A stretch of 64,000 bases of DNA from the human T2T-CHM13v2.0 reference genome, Homo sapiens. Of the stretch, positions 12,838 to 26,696 are shown piece after piece (the stretch's first letter is position 1; every line of letters begins with the position of its first letter). The stretch lies in NCBI RefSeq assembly GCF_009914755.1, contig NC_060930.1. One strand, written 5' to 3'. The notes beneath the pieces were generated by a model that worked only from the letters and a program-made list of their open reading frames with translations, had not been told where the DNA came from and searched no databases. The position numbers and the translations under genes are program-made.

Positions 12838-13617
12838 TAAAACTACCTTTGCAAATTATATCAGGGAGAAAATTATGACAGTAAAAGAGATCTGATTTAA
12901 CCACCCCGCCCCATCTTGCCTTTCCCTTCAACATTCCTGAGCTTAGGCTAAGCTAACTTTGAGAGACATTTAGTTTATATGACTTTTATCTTATTTTGTT
13001 ATTTTTATAGAGATGAGGTCTCCCTATATTGCCCAGGCTTGTATCAAACTCCTGGATTCAAGCAATCCTCCCACCTTGGCCTCCCAAAGTACAAGGATTA
13101 CAGGCACGAGCCACAGCACCCATTCAATATAAAATTTAGTTTTAAATGATAATAGGCCTCCCCCAAAACTCAACCACCTTTGTAAATCTAATGAAACATT
13201 ATCAGGCTAGGGGGAAGAGCTAAGGTGTGGTCTGATCACAAGATATGCAACATCACTATAGTATATTGCCCTTTTGAGATATTTGTTCAGGTTTTTTGCC
13301 TGTCTGACACCTGGACCTGATTGCTCCTATGGCTCCACATGGAAGCAACTCAGCTTAAGAGGATAGCTGTGCCCTCCTACAATTTTATCTCTGCCTGAAC
13401 CAATCAGCAGCAAGTACCCATTACCTGGCCACCCCATCCCTTCCCTCAAACTGTCTTTGAAAAACTGCTAACCTAAAAGCCTGAGATGAGATTGATTTGA
13501 GTAACAACCCCATCTTCTGTGTAGTGTGGCAGGCCTTGTGTCAATTAAACTTTTCTTTAGTGCAATGCCATGGTCTTTATTTATGCAGCGGGCAGGAAGA
13601 ACTGATCAAGCAATTAT
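12838..13617 (+). mobile_element. LTR8-like ERV1 LTR
   Basis: aaactacctttgcaaattatatcagggagaaaattatgacagtaaaagagatctga ... attaaacttttctttagtgcaatgccatggtc. Confidence 0.8.
12983..13122 (-). mobile_element. Alu monomer (FLAM-like) inside LTR8
   Basis: T-rich tail followed by agagatgaggtctccctatattgcccaggct...ggattacaggcacgagccac. Confidence 0.85.
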
Positions 13618-14242
13618 CCTTCTACTCTTGTCTTATTTGGCCTATTCTGTATACCTCAGTCAGAATGACCCAGTAAAACTGAAAAGAAGACAAGGTCATT
13701 TCTCTGCTCAAAATTTTTCAATGATTTGCTGTCTTTCTTAAACAGAAGCCAAAATCTTTGACAACAACCTACAAAATGTTTTGCAGTCAGTCCCACTTCC
13801 TCCCCAACCCTACCTTGTTATTTCCATGACCTCAATTCATATTATAGCCTCTTTCATTCATTGTCCTCTGGCTACACTTTTTTGCTTGCTTGTCTTCCTG
13901 AACATGCCAAGCATTCTCCTGCCTGGAAGTCTACTCTGGTTATTCTTTGTTTGCATTGCTCTTCACCCAACTAGCTACATGGATATCTCTTCTCTTGCAA
14001 ATTTCTGCTCAAATTTGATTACCTCAGTGAGCTCTTCCTTGACTATTCTGTATAAAACAGCCAACAATTAACCACTTCCCTTAAGATGACAGCAAGAATG
14101 AGGAAAATAAAAATAAAAATAAATAAAAGCATAAAAGATTATCCACTTCTCTTTCCCATTAGTACTTCCTATATTCTCTAATCTTCCATTCTTTATTTCT
14201 ATCATTAACGTTTTATTATGATATATAATTTATGTACTATAA

Positions 14243-14632
<390 letters not shown>

Positions 14633-14878
14633 CACATTTATTTATTATTTACTATATGTCTTCCTGAATTTAATTTAAAAACGATAAAGGCAGAAATTTT
14701 GTTTGTTTTATTTGTAGAGAACCCACAGATTTTTTAGTAAGTTTCTGGTGAATAATTTAATATGCATTTTCTCATTTAATCCTCACATTAATGAGTTATT
14801 TCCTCCACAGAAAAAAGGAAAAAACTCAAATTTATTATATTTAAAATAATTGGCATTGGTCACATTGCTAGTAACTAG

Positions 14879-16437
14879 TGATGGAAGTGACGACCAGTGT
14901 GGAGCAGCTGCTGCAAGGATGCTGGTTGCACAGCATGAGACATGGACAGGGTTGCATGTTCTGCAGAGCTGGTGGGAGCCAGGAGCAGGCGAGAGCCCAG
15001 ACCCCTACTTAGTTGATGAGGCAGAAGCCCGTGCTCCCTGGCACAGCTGCAGCCACCCAGCTGTGGCGCTGGACTCTAGCATCACTGCACTCTTGGGGGC
15101 CCAGGAAGCTACTTGCCATAGCAGGCTTGAAAGTACCTGCTCCTGCTCCCTGGCCTCTCCCCACTTCCAGCACCCACTCTGGCATGGAGCAAAGTTGTAA
15201 CCAAGCCTGGGCACTGTTGCAACTCTAACAAGTGTGCGGGCACTCGGGACAGGGCTGACACACCAGCTCCCTGCTGCCTCAGCCTCCTCCAGACTTCGGG
15301 CACCAACAAGCACAGGAGGGAGGCTGGCGGGCGTGGTGAGTGGTGAGAGCAGCTCAGCATGGGCCTGCAGCACCCCTCAACACAAACAGCCTGGGCACTG
15401 TGGACAGCATGTTGATGGTGGCAAGAAGCAGACAGGCCCTTGGGTGGAAAGGGGTGCATCCCAGGTGAAACCCCACCTTCAAGGCAGGGATGGCCTGAAG
15501 CCTGGGGGCCGGGTTGTCAGTTCCAGCTGGAGTCCACTACCCAGAGTGAGAACTTACGGTGCTTTTTTCGGGCCTGCCAATGACAGCCCATGGACAAATA
15601 AGCGCATATTTCCTCCCTTCTGAGCCCACTGAAACCCTGGACTCAGCCAGACTCAGACATATGTCAGGACTACCAGCTGTGGGAAGGAACTACCCACTTC
15701 AGGTCTCCTGGAGTGATAAGGATGACCTGTCTGCAGAAAGGAGCGATCCACTAGGGGTCTCCTCTGAGCTGTTCTGTTGCTCAATAAAGCTCCTCTCCAC
15801 CTTGCTCACCCTCCAGTTGTCCGCATACCTCATTTTTTTAAGAGGCAGGACAAGAAGTCAAGACCAACTGAATGGTGGGAATGAAAGAGCTGTAACACAA
15901 ACAGGGCTGAAACTCCCCCCGATCGCCATGCTGTGGGCGATGAAAAGGAGAGAAGAGCTGAAGAGGCCCTTTGGGGACGCCAGACCTAGGGGCTCCCCGA
16001 GCCAGGGCCGTGACACCCTCTTTGGGGCTCTGTGGTTCCTGGCGTCTCGAAGCTTCTGGGTGCCACCGCAGTCCCCTCATCCAGACACAGGTGCCCACAG
16101 TGGAAGCTGCTTGTGGTACATCTGATCCAGCCACAGCCTTACACAGAGCCCGCACCTGTGCCGGTGCCTGGAGCTGCCCACCGCGCTGCAGCAGCCAGCA
16201 TGCCTGGCTGTGCGCAGTGGGTGGACCCCACGCTCACTTTCTCACATATCCCTTGCCACTCCATGCCTGGCTTACCCTTGGCCGGCGTGGGATCCTAGCC
16301 GGTGGTGCAAGCCAAGCACAGCCTGGCAGGCTGACTGGGCAGAACGAGCCAGTGGGCCCAAGCAAAACTCAGGCAAACGTGCCACTGGCCACAGAGGTTT
16401 CCAGCTGGAAAAGCAACACCCTAAGGAACTCAAGACA
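14879..16437 (+). mobile_element. MER52-family ERV1 solo LTR, inserted in a MIR
   Basis: GC-rich 1.56 kb; tgatggaagtgacgaccagtgtggagcagctgctg ... gccactggccacagaggtttccagctgg...aca; aataaa at 15783; MIR halves on both sides; no clean TSD. Confidence 0.85.
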
Positions 16438-16935
16438 GCAGTGTTGCCAAGATTTTAATTTAGAAATTGTGAAGTCACACAATACCCTCTTAATTACCAT
16501 GCTCTATATTCTCCTAGCTGCTCTGTAGAAAAAAGTTCAGACAAAACAAGTAGTAACATGATTGAAATGGAGATTGGCAGGATACTAGAACAAGCAGATA
16601 TCAAGCTACTTCAGAACAATATCCTCTTAGTTGCCAAATCTAAGAGAAAAAGTAAATAAGCTCATAATAAAATACAGAGAACAAAAAACCTGAGAATGTA
16701 TGATTAAGATAATATCAATATGAGAAAATACTACATTTAAAACTAGTTGTCAGTGGAAGGAGGAGTAGAGAAAGGAAGAGAATAGAACTCTATTAAGTCA
16801 AGTTTCAGGAAGAATTTTCCAGTCTGAATAAATAAGATAAGTTATTAGGGAAGTAATAAAGGGTCACTTCTAGAAGAATAAAAACCTGTATATGTTTATC
16901 CATTAACTCAAAAAAAAATTATTCAATCCTTTCAT

Positions 16936-16999
16936 CTTGAAAGAGAAAGAGATGCATTTAATAATGGATTATTTAAATGCATCTCTTTCTCTTTCCAAG
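16936..16999. repeat. Near-perfect inverted repeat (hairpin)
   Basis: gaaagagaaagagatgcatttaa (16939-16961) is the exact reverse complement of 16973-16995. Confidence 0.95.
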
Positions 17000-17999
17000 G
17001 CCCAAATAATGTTATCACAAAGTAACACCAACAATGTGAAAACCCATAGAATTGTGACTACAAAAATTGAGATATTTCAGCACACTTTTAGCGGATCTAA
17101 AGTGAATTTAAGAGGTAGGAACCATTTAGTAGAGCCAAAAACGATAAAACCTGAAATTCTCTAGAGTAGGATGTTAATGAATGGTGAAAGATTCTGAATA
17201 AGGAAGCAAAAATTGCCATGGAAAGCAGGGAATGAGGCAAGATTATAAAAACACAGAACCTGTTTTTTCCTCAGGACTCTTATCCTTACCTCAAGTACAC
17301 AGGTTCCGTTGCTGTTTGAGATCAGTGTTTTATTTGCTAAATAAATATGGAGCAGAGGATCCAGACTTGACTCCCCAGGTGTAAGAGAAGAGTGAGGCAC
17401 AAAGCTGGAAAAAAAGAAATAAGAAAAATTATTTTATCTTTCAGTTTCTTCTCATCATCCCTAAGCTCTCCCACATCTTATGGAGGGATATAATCCCCTC
17501 CTTTCAGATTAGCCAGTATCCTGCCTTTAGCTATAGTCCTACATTTATTGTCTGTGTAATTACTGAGAGAAATAAGATGGTAATTAACTTTCAAAATGGG
17601 CAGTATACCTGTAACAAAGTCTTTGAAAGCAACTGACATACAAAAATTCTACAAATAAAAGTAAGTGTAAGCTCAAATAATACAATAGTACATTATTTAT
17701 AGAATAATGCTTTTCCCATTCCATTGTATTTTAAACCTATGAACCCAAATGCCATACTGGAAAGAAATGTTAGGGAAATGTCAGCAGTAATTCAGTGGGT
17801 CCATGAAAGGGCTTCAACTTGGCAGGAAACCTCTAAAATTATATGCAGGATCATATTTGTATTTTCATAGTGATGGTTTTCATGAGAGTATCTCTAAATG
17901 AATTTCAAAAATAATTCTTTCATTAAAAAGAGTTTTTTTTTCCTTTAGGAAACTTTTTAATACATAGGCTATCCGTGAAATATGTATATGTCTTCAGTT

Positions 18000-18560
18000 G
18001 CTGTTGAAAGCAAAATCAGCTACTCCTCTGTCTGAAAAGTATTTTACTTCATCTTCATTCTTGAAGGGTATTTTCAAGGCATATAGAATTCAAGGTTGGG
18101 AGTTTTGCTGTTATTGTTCTTTCTGTGTTGTTCTGGGTTTTTATTTGGCATGTTGAGAATATCATTTTACTGTTTTCTGACTTTTATTGCTGCTATTGAC
18201 AAGTCACCTTTCAACTTAATATTTTCTCTTGGGCCATTTTTTAAGATTTTTTTATGGTGTATTTGATGAGGTACAGTTTCATTATAATGTTTCTAGTTGT
18301 GGATTTATTTTTATTTCTTTTTTCCTGAAATTACTTAGGATCCTTGACTCTATGGATTTCTGTCATTGACCATTTCTGAAAAATTATCAGCCACAATTTT
18401 TTTTTTACCCTTGGCCAGTAAAATTTATTATCTGTGCCCTATTTCTTTTTTTCTCCTCTTAGGACTTCTGTTGAAATAATGTTACATTTTCTCACTCTGT
18501 CCTGTATATACTTTATTCTCTTCCTGTATTTTCCTTTTATTTCTTTGTCTCCCATGCTTG
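18000..18560 (-). mobile_element. Old L1M fragment
   Basis: gtctgaaaagtattttacttcatcttcattcttgaagggtattttc...tatagaatt, typical antisense old L1 ORF1 region. Confidence 0.7.
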
Positions 18561-18599
18561 TGGTGTTTTTTACAGTGTAAACTTAGCTTAGCTAGAAAT

Positions 18600-19150
18600 A
18601 TGTTTTCCATATGTGCTTCCCTATATGCTTCCAGGTTATAGTGGGCCAAAATAGAAGTTGGTACATGATTTGGAAAGTGGAGAGGAAGCAACAGCCATAA
18701 CCTCTGTTGGTTGTTTTGGTGTTAGGCTGTAAGAACCAGAAGCATCAACGCTCAGAGAAGCAAATTCAAAATTAACCATACTCTTCCCAACTCTGCATTT
18801 GTAATATTCACCTGCTAGCCCTATTGACCAACAGTGACCTCAGGCCTACTCCATCTCAGATGCAAAGGCAATACCCTGACACAGATGTCTCCACTAGTTC
18901 TCCTTAATGGTCCCATTCTGCAAGTCAGCCATGCCTGGTTTCTGAGATCTCTGGCAAGTTCTAATTTGTCCACCCATACTGGTTCTTCAGAGAGGAGGAG
19001 AGCAAATTTTTCTGATCCTCTAACTCACCCATTCTGACCCTTACTTACCCAGTGTCTTGTGTAGTTGTCTAAAGTTTTAGTGCTATAATAAATGTCCTAT
19101 TCTGTATTACTTACAGTGGTAGTGCTCACATGGTTGAACTTTGTCTGTAC
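18600..19150 (+). mobile_element. Degenerate ERVL-class LTR
   Basis: LTR-like 3' end ctataataaatgtcctattctgtattacttacagtggt; family uncertain. Confidence 0.35.
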
Positions 19151-20404
19151 TGCGTACTGTTTTACTGCACTCTTTTTAAGAACACTAACTTCACATCCTT
19201 GTATATAATTAGCTATGAGGTCTATGCAATGAATTTTTAATTTATTAAATTTTGGAGATCTTTATGTTCTTTATATCCTTTTTTACATCTGTAGCATCAC
19301 ATTTTATTTCCCTGTTTCTGTTGATGTCCTTAACTTTTGTCTTTGACTTCTTTAAGTTAAAAAGCTTAAGAGTTTCTTCTGCCTTGACCTCCTGGGCTCT
19401 AGTGGTCTTTCTGGCCTGGAATTAGTCATCTCACAGAGTAATCCATGAAAAGATTTAGAAACAACTGAGCTCGAACCAAAGCTTGGACCAGTTCCTAAGT
19501 AATAAATAAGTTCTCCTTGTTTAACATCACACTAGATTGTAAAGTCCTTATAAAAAATAGATTTGCTTATTTTATCCATAACTGAATATATAGGGCCTCG
19601 AGGAGTTCTGAGTATCTGAGAGGTACTCAATACATATTTGTTGAATAAAAGCATGGCCAAAAAAGGATAAATTATTTTGTGCTCTCCCTGATGATTTCAA
19701 TAGGATGTACTTCTGGGTCTATTTATTTTGTTGTTTGTGTTTCGGTGGGTACATGCTTTTGGTGTGTTTTTACTTTATGTACCTGGCTACCTTTGATCGA
19801 GCTAAGCATTACACATAATTAACTGTATAATTAAGCATAATTAAGCACTGCATAATTATTTGTAGGAATAATTAGAGGACTGAGATGAAGGAAAGCCTTC
19901 ATCCAGAGAGGATTTCTGTTTGTTTCAGTCAACGGGGGCATTACTTGTCCTCAGTCACATTCAACAATTTGAATACGTTAGATTACTGAAGCCTCCAGAC
20001 TTTTAAAATTGGGCTACAATTCTTCAAGAAAGCCAATCATTTTATTTTTTTTATTCACCTTTGTCCCAAAGGTGTATTTATTAGGTAGCAACTTATTGTG
20101 GGACACTTACCTGTTAGACTCTTCATTTTGTTCTATATTTTTTAACTATAGATATGTCAATACAAATATTCACATTTATGTAACTAACAAATACTTCTAT
20201 TAGTTCTAGTTTTCCCTTTGATTTCAGTCTAATAAGTATTTCTTTTCTTACAAGACCTGCAGTGATTTTAAGAAGATATTTTAAAATATATCTTACGCAG
20301 ATTTTTAGAAGTTTTTAATAGAATTGTTTGTACAAACAATCCTCCCATTATGGGAAACACCTAGCCTCCAGAAAATAACTTTAAGAATAATTTAGAGAGC
20401 TTTG

Positions 20405-23400
20405 ATTAAAAATGTAGATAGGAGGCAGGACTAGCTTGCAGTTCCTGCTTGGACAGACAGAGCAGTGTGTGAAGACTTACATCATAAAATTTTGCTCCAA
20501 GAACTACCACAGGAAAATACCAGGAAAGCTGAGAGAATTATCTGACCCTTTGAAGGAACTGGATTGCTACTGCAGGCTCCCTGAGATGCCAAAACATTGT
20601 GAGTGTACTTGCTTTCTCAGCAGGGATGCTGGTGGTCTGAGGCAAGTTCTCAGCCCTGGTCACCAGCTGCCTAAAAACAGACTCAGTGTTGTTGGGGGGA
20701 CACAGTGGGAGTAAGACTGGCCTTTAGGACTGTGGGCTGTGTGGGAGCAGGGTGAGTCCTGCGACTGCTGACTTTCCCCCACTTCTTTGGTGACCTGTAC
20801 GACTCAGCAGAGGCAACCTAATACACCTGGGAATATAACTCCATTGGCCTGGGAACCACATTCCCATTCCACACAGCAGCTGCAGCAAGCCCCACCCAAG
20901 GAGAGCCTGAACTAAGACATGCCTATCCCTGCTACCACCCGGTGGTCTTTCTCTAACCAGTGTAGTTGCCAAAGAAAAAGGACATAATCTCTTGGGAGCT
21001 CTATGGCCTTGTCCACTGGCTGAGAAACCTGAATACTTAACCAGACATTCCTAGGGCAAGTTTGCATCCTCCCTATAGTACCACAGCTGATGCACTCTTG
21101 AAAGTGCCACCTCCTGCCTGGAGGGCAACCAACACAAAACCAGTGCACTGAACAAAAACACAACCAAAGACCCTCACAGAGTCCACCTCACTCCCCTACT
21201 ATCTCCACCAGAGCAGGTTACTGGTATCCACAGCTGAAAGACCTGAAGATGAATCACATCAGAGGACTCTCCAGTACCAGCCCAGAGCTCAGTACCTCTG
21301 CTTGGTGGCTAGATCCAAAAAAGCGAAAACAATCACTGAAGTTCACCTCTCAAGAAGCCCTATCCCTAGGGGGAGGGGGTACAAGAATACCACATCAAGG
21401 GAGCACGCGGTGGGACAAAAAAATCTGAACAGCAGCTCTTGAGTCCCAGATCTTCCCTCTGACATAGTCTACCCAATGAGAAGAAAACATAAAAACAATT
21501 CTGGTAACATGACAAAACAAGGTTTTTTAACACCCTTAAAAGATCATACCAGCTCACTAGCAATGGATCCAAACCAAGATGAAATCTCTGAATTGCCAGA
21601 AAAAAATTCAGAAGGTTGATTATTAAGCTAATCAATGAGGCATCAGAGTAAAGTGAAATCCAACTTGAAATCAAAAACATGATACAGGTTATTAAAGAAA
21701 AAACCTTCAGTGAAATAGATAGCATAAATAAAAACAATCACAACTTATAGAAAGAAGGATACACTTAGAGAAATCCAAAGTGTACTGGAAAGTCTCAGCA
21801 ATAGAATAGAACAAGCAAAAGAAAGAACTTCAGAGCTTGAAGACAAGGCTTTCAAATTAACCCAATCCATCAAAGACAAAAAAGTAATAAATAAATGAAC
21901 AAAGCCTACAAAAAGTTTGGGACTATGTTAAGCATTCAAACCTAAGAATAATTGGTGTTTCCGTGGAAGAAGAGAAATCAAAAAGTTTGGAAAACATACC
22001 TGAGGGAACAATCAAAGACAACATCCCCAGCCTTGCTAGAGATCTAGACATCCAAATACAAAACACTCAAAGAACACCTGGGAAATTCATCGCAAAAAGA
22101 TCATTGCCTAGGCACATAGTCATTAGGTTATCTGAAGTCAAGACAAAGGAAAGAATCTTAACAGCAGTGAGGCAAAAGCATCACGTAACCTATAAAGAAA
22201 AACCTATCAGATTAACAGCAGATTTCTCAGCAGAAATCCTGCAAGCCAGAAGAGATTGGGGGTCCTATTTTTAGCCTCCTTAAACAAAACAATTATCAGC
22301 CGAGAATTTTGTATCCACTGAAATAAGCTTTATAAATGAAGGAAAGATACAGTCTTTTCCAGTCAAACAAAAGCTGTGAGAATTCGCCACTACCAAGCCA
22401 GCACTACAAGAACCGCTAAAAGGAGCGATAAGACTTCAAAATAAACCAAAATAGAACCTCCTTAAAGCATAAATCTCACAGGACTTATATAACAATAACA
22501 CAATGAAACAAACAAGGTATTCAGGCAACAAATAGCATGATGAATAGGATAATAATACCTCACATCTCAGTACTAATGTTGAAAATGAACTAATATAGGG
22601 ACTTTAGCACTCCACTGACAGCACTAGACAGGTCATTAAGATACAAAGTCAACAAAGAAACAATGGACTTAGACTATACCCTACAGCAAATGGATTTAAT
22701 AGATATTTACAGAACATTCTACCCAACAACTGCAGGATATACATTCTGTTCATCAGCATATGGAACATTCTACAAGATAAACCATATGATAGGCCACAAA
22801 TAAGTCTCAGTAAATTTAAGAAAATCAAAATTATATAAAGTACTCTCTCAGACCACAGTGGAATAAAACTAGAAATCAACTCCAAAAGGAACCTTCAAAA
22901 CCATGCAAATACATGGAAATTAAATAAACTGTTCCTGATTGATCAGCAGTCAACAATAAAGTGAAGATGGATATTAAAAACGTTTTGAACTGAATAATAG
23001 TGACACAACCTATCTAACCCTCTGGGATACGGCAAAAGTGGTGCTAAGAGGAATGTTCATAGGATTCAATGCCTATATCAAAAAGTCTAAAAGGGCACAA
23101 ATAGACAATCTAAGGTCACACCTCATGGAACCAGAGAAACAAGAACCATACAAACTCAAACAGAGCAGAAGAAAATAAATAATGAATATAAGATCAGAAC
23201 TAAATGAAACTGAAACAAAAAAAACTACAAAAGATAATGAAACAAAAAGCTAGTTATTTGAAAAGAGAAATAAAATTGATAGGCTGTTAGTGAGATTAAC
23301 CAAGAAAAGAAGAGAGAAGTTTGAAGTATGCTCAATTAGAGATGAAATGGGAGATATTACTATTGATACCACAGAAATACAAAAGATTATTCAAGTCTAC

Positions 23401-25827
23401 CACGAACACCTTTATGCACATAAACTAGAAAACCTAGAGGAGATGGTTAAATTCCTGGAAAGAAACAACTCTCCTAGAATATACCAGGAAGATAAAGAAA
23501 CTCTGAACAAACCAATAACAAGCAGCGAGATTGAAATGGTAATAAAAAAAATTCCCAGCTAAAAAAAGTGCGGAATCAGATGGATTCACAGCTGAATTCC
23601 TTCAGACATTCAAAGAAGAATTCAAACGAATTCTACTGATACTATTCCACAAAGTAAAGAAAGACGGAATCCTCCCTAAATCATTCTATAAAGCCAGTAT
23701 CACCCTAATACCAAAACCAGAGAAGGACATCACAACTACAACAAGAACAAAAAAACTGCAGACCAATATCCCTGTTGAGCACAAGGACAAAATACTAGCT
23801 AATGAAATGCAACATCATATTAAAAAGATAATCCACTATGATCAAGTGGGTTTATACCAGGGATGCAGGGATGGTTTAATATCTGCAAGTCAATAAATGT
23901 GATACCCAACATAAACAGAATTAAAAACGAAAGTCACATGATTATATCAATAGATGCAGACAAAGCATTTGATAAAATACAGCATCCTTTATGAATAAAA
24001 CCTTCAACAAAAGTGGAATAGAAGGGACATACCTTAAGGTAATAAAAACCATCTATGACATACCCACAGCCAACATTATACTGCATGGGAAGAAGCTGAA
24101 TGCATTCCTTCTGAGAACCAGAACACGACTAGCATGCCCACTTTCACCACTTCTATTCAACACAGTACTTGAAGTTCTAGCTAGAGCAATCAGACCAGAA
24201 AGAGATAAAAGACATCCAATTTGGTAAAGAGGAAGTCAAACTGTCACTGTCTGCTGATATGATCGTATACCTAGAAAACCCTAAAGACTTATCTAAAAAG
24301 CTCCTAGAACTGATGAATGACTCAGCAAAGTTTCAGGATACAAAATTAATGTACACAAATCAGTAGCTTTGCTATACACCAGCAGCGACCAAGCTAAGAA
24401 TCAAATTAAGAACCACTTTTACAATAACAGCATAAAAAATAAAATACTTCAAAAAATACCTAACCAAGAAGATGAAAGACCTCTGCAAGGAAAACTACAA
24501 AACACTACTGAAAGAAATCACAGACGATACAAACAAATGGAAACACATTCCATGCTCATCTCATGGGTAGAATCGAAATCATGAAAATGACCATACTGCC
24601 AAAAGCAACCTACAAATTAAATGCAATGCTCATTAAAATACCACCATCATTCTTCACAGAACTAGAAAAAACAATCTGAAAAATTTATACGGAACTAAAA
24701 CAGAGGCCATATAGCTAAAGCCAGACTAAGCAAAAAGAATAAATCTGCAGGTATCACATTACCTGACTTCACACTATACTATAAAGCCATAGTCACCAAA
24801 ACAGCATGGTACAGGTATAAAAATAGGCACATAGACCAATGGAACAGAATATATAACCCTGAAATAAAGCCAAATATTTACAGCCAACTGATCTTTGACA
24901 AAGCAAACAAAAACATAAAGTGGGGAAAGGACAAACTATTCTACAAATGATGCTGGGATAATTGGCAAGCCACATGTAGAAGAATGAAGCTGGATCCTCA
25001 TCTCTCACCTTATATAAAAATCAACTCAAGATGCATCAAAGTCTTAAATGTAAGACCTGAAACCATAAAGATTCTAGAATATAACATCAGAAAAACCATT
25101 GCAGACATTGGCTTTGCCAAAGAGTTCATGACTAAGAACTCAAAAGCAAATGCCACAAAAACAAAGATATTGTAAATAGATGGGAGTTAATTAACCAAAA
25201 AGCTTTTGCTCAACAAGATAAATAATTAGCAGAGTTAACAGACAACCCAGTAATTGGGGGTAAATTTTCACAATTTATATATCCAACAAAGGACTAATAT
25301 GCAGAATCTACAAAGAACTCAAACAAATCAGTGAGAAACAAACAAACAAACAAACAAAATCTTAGCAAAATGTGGGCTAAGGACATGAAAAGACAATCCT
25401 CAAAAAAAGATATACAAATGGCCAGCAAACATATAGAACAATGCGTAACATCACTAATTATCAGGAAAATACAAATCAAAACCACGATGTGCTACCATCT
25501 TACTGCTGCAAGAATGGCCAAAATAAAATAAAAAATAAAAAATAATAGATCTTGGCGTGGATGTGGTGAAAAGGAAACACTTTTACACTGTTGGTGGGAA
25601 TGTAAACTAATACGACCACTATGGAAAACAATGTGGAGATTCCTTAAAGAATTAAAAGTAGATCTACCATTTGATCACGCAATTCCATTACTAGGTATCT
25701 ACCCAGAGGAAAATAAGTCATTATAACAAAAAGATACTTGCACGCGCATGTTTATAGCAGCAGAATCTGCAATTGCAAAAAATGGAATGAACCCAAATGT
25801 CCATCAATCAATGAGTGGATAAAGAAA

Positions 25828-25872
<45 letters not shown>

Positions 25873-26235
25873 CCATAGAATACTACACAGCCATAAAAAG
25901 GAATGAAATAATGGTATTTGCAGCAACCTGGATGGTATTGGAGACTATTATTCTAAGTGAAGTAACTCAGGAATGGAAAGCCAAACATCGTATGTTCTCA
26001 TTCATATGTGGGAACAGAGCTATGAGGACACAAAGGCATAAGAATGATACAATAGACTTTGGGGACTTGGGAGAAATGGTGGGAGGGTCGTGAGGAGTAA
26101 AAGAGTACACATTGGGTACATTGTACACTGCTTGGGTGATGGGTGCACCAAAATCTCAGAAATCACCATTAGAGTACTTATTCATATAACCAAACACCAC
26201 CTGTTCCCCAAACACCTATTGAAATAAAAAAAAAA
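20405..26235 (+). mobile_element. Near-full-length L1PB, inactive, endonuclease domain largely deleted
   Basis: L1PB-like 5' UTR; ORF1p remnant 21963-22274 (PRHIVIRL...KPIRLTADFS); ORF2p remnants at 23290, 23991, 24984 and 25331; L1PB 3' UTR and poly(A); many stops and frameshifts. Confidence 0.95.
25832..25869. repeat. (TG)n microsatellite in the L1 3' region
   Basis: About 19 TG units. Confidence 0.95.
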
Positions 26236-26385
26236 TCAATTTATAAAACAAACAGAGAAGAGAAAAGGGAAGAAAAAAGAAAACAACCTTCATTCACATT
26301 TAACTGAAATTGGTGGCTGAACAACGCACTATTCCACCTAGGCTTTTACACATGTAAGAAAGGGAACAAAAGATTTTTAAAAAGT

Positions 26386-26662
26386 GTCCAGGCCTGGTGG
26401 CTCATGCCTGTAATCCCAGCACTTTGGGAGGCCGAGGAGAAGGTAGATCACGAGGTCAGGAGATAGAGACCATCCTGGCTAACATGCTGATACCCCATCT
26501 CTACTAAAAATACAAAAAATTAGCTGGGCATGGTGGCACACACCTGTAGTCTCAGCTACTCGGGAGGCTGAGGCAGGAGAATCACTTGAACCTGGGAGGC
26601 CAGTGAGCTGAGATCGCGCCACTGCACTCCAGCCTGTGCGACAGAGCGAGACTCTGTCTCAA

Positions 26663-26695
<33 letters not shown>

Positions 26696-26696
26696 A
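26386..26696 (+). mobile_element. AluS (AluSc-like)
   Basis: Full dimer with gatcacgaggtcaggagatagagaccatcctggctaac and A-tail; small deletion in the right arm. Confidence 0.93.

Noticed and set aside
14850-16528. Longest ORFs in the window (188 and 185 aa)
   Set aside because: They lie within the MER52 LTR, are open on both strands in several frames and look like chance ORFs.
21500-25990. L1 ORF1/ORF2 as active genes
   Set aside because: Fragmented by many stops and frameshifts, and the endonuclease is deleted.
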